Virus record (IMG/VR): IMGVR_UViG_3300012942_000097
Coordinates: 1 to 33,039 of that record
Source of the DNA: a virus
Taxonomy: Duplodnaviria; Caudoviricetes
Direction: 5' to 3' (one strand)
DNA: 33,039 nt
The translations under genes and the position numbers were made by a program. Positions 27,992 through 33,039 of the stretch are shown piece after piece (the stretch's first letter is position 1; each line of letters starts with the position of its first letter). The notes beneath the pieces were generated by a model, which saw only the letters and a list, made by a program, of their open reading frames with translations, made no database searches and was not told where the DNA came from.

Positions 27992-28445
27992 GATTGTACT
28001 AGCGGGGGTATTGATGGCTACACTAGTAGCTATCATACCCGCGCACAAGTTGACAGAACCACAATATGTTGCGGTACATAAACAAGAGCTAGTGTTGATT
28101 GATGAGACTAGGCTAGACTTGGGACTAACCCCATTAAAAGAGAGCATAGCCCTTGACAATAGTGCTAGACAAAAGTGTAGCGATATGGTACAATATGACT
28201 ATTGGGCGCACAATAGAACAGATAAAGAATGGTCGCAGTTTGTATTTGCTAACGATAATGGACTACAAGCAGCGGGCGAGATTCTAGCAAAAGGATTTGA
28301 TGATAGGATAGATGAGCATAACGCGTGGATGGCTAGCCCTAACCACAAAGCAGAGATAGTTGGATACTATACAGAGTTTGGTAGTGCTAGTTGTACATAT
28401 CATAATGGCGTAAACTTGACAGTTGTACATTTTGGAAGAAGGTAG
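27978..28445 (+). CDS. secreted or membrane-anchored CAP (SCP-like) domain protein
   Basis: Hydrophobic N-terminus; R...GLTPL, LDNSARQKCSDMVQYDYWAH, GEILAKG, WMASPNHKAEI, VVHFG are CAP motifs; start could also be 27963. Confidence 0.85.
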   Translation: MNLHRIVLAGVLMATLVAIIPAHKLTEPQYVAVHKQELVLIDETRLDLGLTPLKESIALDNSARQKCSDMVQYDYWAHNRTDKEWSQFVFANDNGLQAAGEILAKGFDDRIDEHNAWMASPNHKAEIVGYYTEFGSASCTYHNGVNLTVVHFGRR

Positions 28446-28464
28446 ATAATACAACATAAAACTA

Positions 28465-28493
28465 TTGACTTATATGAATCAGTGTGCTACAAT
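28465..28493 (+). promoter_or_regulatory. sigma70 promoter
   Basis: TTGACT-17-TACAAT with extended TG. Confidence 0.8.
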
Positions 28494-28518
28494 GAATACA
28501 TAATAAGAAAGGATTAAG

Positions 28519-28689
28519 ATGAAAGATACAATTAGAAACCTAGCAATTGATTATCAGGATTGGGCTAGTAACCAAGACTTGAGCTATGGCGATTTAGCAG
28601 ATTGGACAGGAGCGATTGCTAAACTAGCAGAGCTAGCAGACCAGAGCGGTGAATTAACAGAAGAATTAAAGGAGAATGGAATACTATAA
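28519..28689 (+). CDS. 56-aa acidic protein; absent from ORF track
   Basis: MKDTIRNLAIDYQDWASNQDLSYGDLADWTGAIAKLAELADQSGELTEELKENGIL; GAAAGGA RBS. Confidence 0.8.
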   Translation: MKDTIRNLAIDYQDWASNQDLSYGDLADWTGAIAKLAELADQSGELTEELKENGIL

Positions 28690-28826
28690 TGGATAACTAT
28701 GTTATTGTTGAGGAGTGGAGTAGTGCAACGGAGTTTGAGTTTGCTGATACAATAGAAGAAGCCCTTAAACTTAGAGATGAAACGCCAGTAGGCGCAACTA
28801 TATATGTAAAGTTGGGAGAGCAATAA
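28689..28826 (+). CDS. 45-aa acidic protein; absent from ORF track
   Basis: MDNYVIVEEWSSATEFEFADTIEEALKLRDETPVGATIYVKLGEQ; TAATG coupling at both ends. Confidence 0.75.
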   Translation: MDNYVIVEEWSSATEFEFADTIEEALKLRDETPVGATIYVKLGEQ

Positions 28827-29329
28827 TGAACCGTAAACAAGTATACAATTTTCTAAAAGTGATGATGAAGGACAAGAGTCGCGCAGGACTGGAAGTAGCA
28901 TATGTTGATGACCTCTATGGTAAACCAGTACTAGTAGCAACTGATGGATACATATTGACAGCAGTCTATCTAGGCGAAGAAGCTAAAGACTATGTTGGTA
29001 AGCGTATCAGTCGTGAAGCTATCGAGAAGTGGTATAAGCTAGCAGATGGCAAGTCGAGGTTAACAGCAGAATCACTACAAGATTTGATGGAAGATGACGC
29101 GCACAATGGGTGGCAGCCAGTTGGTGAATACCCGAAGTGGCAACAGCTTATACCGAGCACTGATAGCGCTATGCAGGATATGAGTATGGCATTTAACGCA
29201 GATTTTGTCAAGGTAGTGCAAGATTTGAATAACAGTCAGGGGGTACATATCAAGCTATATGGCAAGCTAGCACCTATGGTAATTGACGACGAAGTATCAT
29301 TTTCACTAATTATGCCGATGAAAGGATAA
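28826..29329 (+). CDS. truncated DNA polymerase III beta-clamp (DnaN)-like protein
   Basis: LVATDGYIL, GEYPKWQQLIP, MAFNADFV and terminal LIMPMK parallel the DnaN motifs VATDGHRL, G.FPDY.RV.P, IGFN..Y, VVMPMR. Confidence 0.7.
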   Translation: MNRKQVYNFLKVMMKDKSRAGLEVAYVDDLYGKPVLVATDGYILTAVYLGEEAKDYVGKRISREAIEKWYKLADGKSRLTAESLQDLMEDDAHNGWQPVGEYPKWQQLIPSTDSAMQDMSMAFNADFVKVVQDLNNSQGVHIKLYGKLAPMVIDDEVSFSLIMPMKG

Positions 29330-29333
29330 TAGG

Positions 29334-29576
29334 ATGAGTGTAGCATTTGAAGATATCACAGAAGAGATGGGCGCGAACCCAGAGCAAGAGAGTTGGGTAA
29401 GTGTAGTTGAGGGTATGAGCGTATACCGCGTGTGGCAAGATGAGAATAATATCATTGTGTACACAGTAGATATGGATAAAGACCGTGATAACTGTATGAC
29501 ACAAGCTGATGATGAAGTACAAGAGCACGTACTAGATTTGATGGAGAACTATGAGCCAGATACAAGTACAATATAA
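29334..29576 (+). CDS. highly acidic small protein
   Basis: 80 aa, 21 D/E against 3 K/R by hand count. Confidence 0.8.
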   Translation: MSVAFEDITEEMGANPEQESWVSVVEGMSVYRVWQDENNIIVYTVDMDKDRDNCMTQADDEVQEHVLDLMENYEPDTSTI

Positions 29577-29802
29577 AGGATACCCTCTGTATTTAACTGA
29601 GGATGGGGAATGGAGATGTTTTCACGCCCTTGACCCAGTAAATGTAGAGATAGAACCGCCGTGTTGCACCAGCCCAGGCAGTAGCGGGTACATCGAGTGT
29701 GGATGCGGTGGACGGTATGGAGTCTATTGCCCAGATTGTGATAATGATGATATGAGCGATAGCGATATAGAAAATATAATTGAAGGACTAGGAGAAGACT
29801 AA
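29551..29802 (+). CDS. Cys-rich putative Zn-binding protein
   Basis: CFH, CC, CGC, CPDC; GGAG RBS. Confidence 0.75.
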   Translation: MSQIQVQYKGYPLYLTEDGEWRCFHALDPVNVEIEPPCCTSPGSSGYIECGCGGRYGVYCPDCDNDDMSDSDIENIIEGLGED

Positions 29803-29984
29803 TGAAAGTACTATTGACAAAAGAAGAAATGATTGCACGAGTTATTTTACAGTTGAAAGCCGATGGCTATCTAAAAAAGTACGTGGAATACACTGGAGTA
29901 ATAAAAGAATACGGTGCTAGTAGGGAATACTTGACGCTGAGTGAGTTTGAACCGAAGGTGGAGGAAGATAAAACAGATGAGTAG
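29802..29984 (+). CDS. hypothetical protein
   Basis: AGGAG RBS, TAATG coupling. Confidence 0.7.
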   Translation: MKVLLTKEEMIARVILQLKADGYLKKYVEYTGVIKEYGASREYLTLSEFEPKVEEDKTDE

Positions 29985-30219
29985 TTTTGACGATATTAAG
30001 GACGCAAGCATTGACGATATGCGCGATGACTGTACGCAGTTGGCAATCAAGTACATTAACAGCAGCCGTGAATTGTATGAACGATTTAAGGTACTGAAGT
30101 ATACCCAGATGGAGAAAGAAGCTGAGGCAGTTGCGAAGCATAATAAAGACGAGTTTGGTGAGTTATTTGTAGCAGAATTGCCACTTGTCAAGTGGAAAGT
30201 TGTGAAAGGAAGTCTATGA
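29977..30219 (+). CDS. hypothetical protein
   Basis: Start moved to ATG 29977 (8-nt overlap with the previous gene). Confidence 0.7.
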   Translation: MSSFDDIKDASIDDMRDDCTQLAIKYINSSRELYERFKVLKYTQMEKEAEAVAKHNKDEFGELFVAELPLVKWKVVKGSL

Positions 30220-30443
30220 AAGTAACTAAAAGATACAACCAGCACCGAAGAGACCTGAGCATTGACATGGTATGTGAAGGATGTGGAGAAGTGGATACAT
30301 ACAAGTCTGCATACGATGACTCTAACTTTTGGGTGAATGTAGTGCCTAATTTTAACTGTAAGAAGTGCGGTAAATCTAGCAACGACCTAGGGCTAAAGCC
30401 AGAAGACACCCATACTAAATATGAATCATGGGAGGAAGTATGA
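30216..30443 (+). CDS. Zn-ribbon protein
   Basis: CEGCG and CKKCG; ATGA overlap and AAAGGA RBS support start 30216. Confidence 0.8.
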   Translation: MKVTKRYNQHRRDLSIDMVCEGCGEVDTYKSAYDDSNFWVNVVPNFNCKKCGKSSNDLGLKPEDTHTKYESWEEV

Positions 30444-30538
30444 AATACGGATTTGACCTAAAAGAACTATTGACAATTAGTATTGTACTGGAAGTTGTGA
30501 TTCTATATTTGCTAATTGTATTGACACTAAAAGTGTAA
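30440..30538 (+). CDS. 32-aa single-TM peptide; absent from ORF track
   Basis: MKYGFDLKELLTISIVLEVVILYLLIVLTLKV; GGAGG RBS, ATGA overlap. Confidence 0.65.
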   Translation: MKYGFDLKELLTISIVLEVVILYLLIVLTLKV

Positions 30539-30584
30539 ATGTGGGTAACAAGTTTTTTCTACAACACTTTTTTCAAAAAAGGTA

Positions 30585-30613
30585 TTGACTTTAACAACCA
30601 AGTGTGCTAAGAT
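30585..30613 (+). promoter_or_regulatory. sigma70 promoter
   Basis: TTGACT-17-TAAGAT with extended TG and an A/T-tract UP element. Confidence 0.75.
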
Positions 30614-30619
30614 AGTAAT

Positions 30620-30965
30620 ATGTTGGGAAGGAATTATCTCAACGACAACAGCAAGCTATACACGAGATTGGGCGTTGCTCGGAAAAAACTAACGCCAGGG
30701 AAGTCCCCTCACAAACTCTAAATAAATCTAGGCTCTATCGAACTATAACCTAGTCCCTGATACGTTGAAAAACGGCAAATCGGAGAGAGTGATATGGGCA
30801 ATAATCAATAAATCTAAGTGGGTAGCCTATTTTGACGGTAATAGGAAATGCAGAGGCAGGGATGCTGAAAGCAGCTTGGATGATGTGATTGTATGGTGGT
30901 CGGCGTATTAACTGCTCTGGGTGGATATCAGGGTAGAATGTACCGTCATATCTAAAAATAGGAGA
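30620..30965 (+). ncRNA. candidate structured RNA or long structured leader
   Basis: ~350 nt between a promoter and the next gene with no substantial plus-strand ORF and several nested complementary segments. Confidence 0.45.
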
Positions 30966-30970
30966 TAGGT

Positions 30971-31153
30971 ATGGAAAAGGAATGGAAATCACCACGTCGT
31001 ATCGAAGAAGAGGCACGACAGTACAGGTTAGAACGATTTGAAAGCTATATGCAGATGGTAGATGAAGGTAAGTTGACTAGAGCGCTAGCCATTGCAGCCC
31101 TCAGGGAGGAGATAAACTATGTCGCGGACGAACTCGAACCAGACAGGTCGTAG
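30971..31153 (+). CDS. hypothetical protein
   Basis: 60 aa, AGGAG RBS. Confidence 0.75.
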   Translation: MEKEWKSPRRIEEEARQYRLERFESYMQMVDEGKLTRALAIAALREEINYVADELEPDRS

Positions 31154-31445
31154 CACGTTGGACAAGTACAAGTTGAGGTATGAATCACCACGAATAAAGA
31201 AAGGATGGATTAGCGTGAGTGCAGTGAAGAAATTGGATAAAGAAGCTAAGAAAGCAGCTAAAGCAAAGTCTAAAGCAGACAAAGAGCCTATGGCTACTAA
31301 GATTGATATCAGAACATATTTTAACGGTTGGACAATAGCGCTACCAGTTGCAGTATCACTAGCAACAGTACGCGGGACAACAGCACTAGTAATTAACATA
31401 GCATGTTTTGAGACCACAGTTACGGTGAAACGGGTGAAACGATGA
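31119..31445 (+). CDS. basic hypothetical protein
   Basis: 108 aa, Lys-rich; GGAG upstream. Confidence 0.65.
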   Translation: MSRTNSNQTGRSTLDKYKLRYESPRIKKGWISVSAVKKLDKEAKKAAKAKSKADKEPMATKIDIRTYFNGWTIALPVAVSLATVRGTTALVINIACFETTVTVKRVKR

Positions 31446-31723
31446 AGGATTATCTAGGCAATCAGGTCGATGTCGGAGATACAGTACTACTAGCATTGAG
31501 GTCGGGCAGAGTTGCACAATTTGGCAGAGGATTTGTCAAGTCAGCAGAGTTTAAGCCCCAGTTCAGAGACGGAGCTAGTACGTGGATGTTATTAGTAGAA
31601 TGGTCTAACTTGCATAAATACTGGATGCCAGCGAGTAAGGTGGTGAGACTACCAGACGAAATGCTACCAGAGAAACGGAAGGAGAAACTAAATGGCACGG
31701 AGGAGGGCATCGAAGTCAGTTAA
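31442..31723 (+). CDS. hypothetical protein, possibly SH3/KOW-like
   Basis: MKDYLGNQVDVGDTV N-terminus; ATGA overlap. Confidence 0.7.
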   Translation: MKDYLGNQVDVGDTVLLALRSGRVAQFGRGFVKSAEFKPQFRDGASTWMLLVEWSNLHKYWMPASKVVRLPDEMLPEKRKEKLNGTEEGIEVS

Positions 31724-31982
31724 AGTCGGTCAGAATACCCTGTTTAATGGCATTGAGGGACTCGACGAATTAGTCAATAAGCCACAAGTGCTAGAACACG
31801 ATGGGCTAAAAGTTGTATCACTGATTGTACGGCAAGAAGATGTTGATGTGCCAGGATACACCGAGACAGCATTAAAGATAGCTAGACAGTTTGCGCCAGA
31901 GGTGAAGTCAAAGGAGCGACCACCGTGGATGAGACAAGAGTGGCTAGCTAAGAAGAGGAAGGCTAAGTATGAAGCAAGATAG
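31692..31982 (+). CDS. hypothetical protein
   Basis: 96 aa, AAGGAG RBS. Confidence 0.75.
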   Translation: MARRRASKSVKVGQNTLFNGIEGLDELVNKPQVLEHDGLKVVSLIVRQEDVDVPGYTETALKIARQFAPEVKSKERPPWMRQEWLAKKRKAKYEAR

Positions 31983-33039
31983 AGCACTAGAGATTATGAT
32001 GTCGGGTGCGAATGTCATGCTAACTGGTCAAGCTGGAGCGGGCAAGAGTTGGCTGATTAACAAGTTTGTGCGTGAAAGTAAAAAAAGCCACAAGAAAGTT
32101 GTTATAACCGCGACTACGGGGCTTGCAGCAACTCAGATTGGAGGACAGACTATACATAGTTGGTCTGGTATAGGACTTGACAACCATTTGCACGAAGACT
32201 ACATATACACAATATCAGATACTCGCAAGAAAGCAATGAAGAAGACTGATATTCTAATCATTGACGAGATATCAATGATGCACGATTACAACCTTGATAT
32301 GATTGACGAGGCTATGCGAATTGTCAGAGAAGACAATGCACCATTTGGAGGTTTGCAGGTGATACTAGTGGGGGACTTTTTCCAGTTGCCACCAGTTATG
32401 CAAGGCGGGAATGGCAAGTTTGTCACTGAGAGTAGGGCATGGCACGACCTGAATATGAAGGTATGCTATCTGGAGGAGAGCCACCGTACCGAGGATGAGC
32501 GATTGCAGAACGTACTGAATGCAATGCGCGATGGTAGCCTGAATCAGAGCCACGTAGATGTGATGAAAGAGCGTATTGGAATCGAGCCAGTTGGTAAGAT
32601 TACACGACTCTACACAACGAACATAGATGTCGAGCGAATTAACGACGAAAAGCTAAACGCCCTAGAGGGAGACACGCGATTTTTTCTTAGAACGAGCACT
32701 GGACGTAGTTATAACGATTTAGTGAAGTTACAGAAAAATGTGCTTGCGCCAGAAGTGTTGCGATTGAAGACTTATGCTATGGTTATGGCAGTAAAGAACG
32801 ATAGCGAGCTTAGGTACGCGAATGGCAGCATCGGTGTGATTGACGGCTGGACGGATGAGGGATTCCCTATAGTTGACTTTGGGGATAAATATTCTATAAC
32901 AGTATACCCTGAACAATGGGAATATAAGAGACAGGATAAAGTAACAGCCACGATAACCCAGATACCGCTAAGGTTAGCATATGCAATCACAGTACATAAG
33001 TCGCAGGGCATGACCCTAGACGCAGCCGAGATGGACTTG
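31969..33039 (+). CDS. Pif1-family SF1B helicase, 3'-truncated by the window; absent from ORF track
   Basis: MKQDRALEIMMSGANVMLTGQAGAGKS, TATTGLAA, TIHSWSGIG, IIDEISM, PFGGLQVILVGDFFQLPPV, QIPLRLAYAITVHKSQGMTLD. Confidence 0.92.
   Translation, partial: MKQDRALEIMMSGANVMLTGQAGAGKSWLINKFVRESKKSHKKVVITATTGLAATQIGGQTIHSWSGIGLDNHLHEDYIYTISDTRKKAMKKTDILIIDEISMMHDYNLDMIDEAMRIVREDNAPFGGLQVILVGDFFQLPPVMQGGNGKFVTESRAWHDLNMKVCYLEESHRTEDERLQNVLNAMRDGSLNQSHVDVMKERIGIEPVGKITRLYTTNIDVERINDEKLNALEGDTRFFLRTSTGRSYNDLVKLQKNVLAPEVLRLKTYAMVMAVKNDSELRYANGSIGVIDGWTDEGFPIVDFGDKYSITVYPEQWEYKRQDKVTATITQIPLRLAYAITVHKSQGMTLDAAEMDL

Noticed and set aside
25290-28520. CRISPR-like or mini-array reading of the repeated intergenic motifs
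   Set aside because: The repeats are short, degenerate and irregularly spaced, and promoter and RBS elements explain them
30540-30548. DnaA-box-like tgtgggtaa
   Set aside because: A single one-mismatch copy is not enough to call an origin
30619-30692. Short leaderless ORF beginning MLGRNYLNDNSK at the predicted transcript start
   Set aside because: Short, no independent support, and it overlaps predicted hairpins; cannot be excluded as a leader peptide
30774-30850. Resemblance to a c-di-GMP-I riboswitch (GGCAAA...GCAA...UCUAA)
   Set aside because: The P2 stem with GNRA loop and the P1 pairing cannot be built convincingly; kept only as part of the unknown RNA candidate
24934-33011. Minus-strand ORFs in the early region (e.g. 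24934..25179, 28584..28940, 30750..31016, 32365..33011)
   Set aside because: They oppose promoter orientation and mostly overlap better-supported plus-strand genes, including the untracked helicase
1-33039. Stop-codon reassignment, tRNAs, integrase, reverse transcriptase/DGR, introns or inteins
   Set aside because: Long genes are intact in code 11 and TAA, TAG and TGA all end genes (TGA in ATGA overlaps); none of the other elements was recognised by eye

Overview
Most of a tailed dsDNA bacteriophage genome with podovirus-like architecture (no tail tube, sheath or tape-measure genes). The minus strand (24932 down to 1422) carries a complete late operon: small and large terminase, portal, scaffold, HK97-fold major capsid, a block of putative fibre/appendage genes with 14-aa repeats, head-tail adaptor, tail nozzle, tail fibre/FN3 proteins, probable ejection proteins and a lysis cassette (GH25+G5 endolysin with five small membrane proteins). 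The plus strand from about 25.3 kb is an early region with about ten near-consensus sigma70 promoters and many small ORFs: a probable SAM lyase, a CAP-domain protein, a half-length beta-clamp homologue, acidic and Zn-finger proteins, a ~350-nt structured non-coding stretch and a Pif1-like helicase cut by the window end. Plus-strand genes at 1-1383 meet the late operon at a bidirectional terminator. The most notable observation is that ORF 799-1383 carries a divergent stand-alone copy of part of the phage's own capsid protein. The host may be Patescibacteria (Saccharibacteria); this is inference only. All family calls come from motif recognition by eye; no searches were run.
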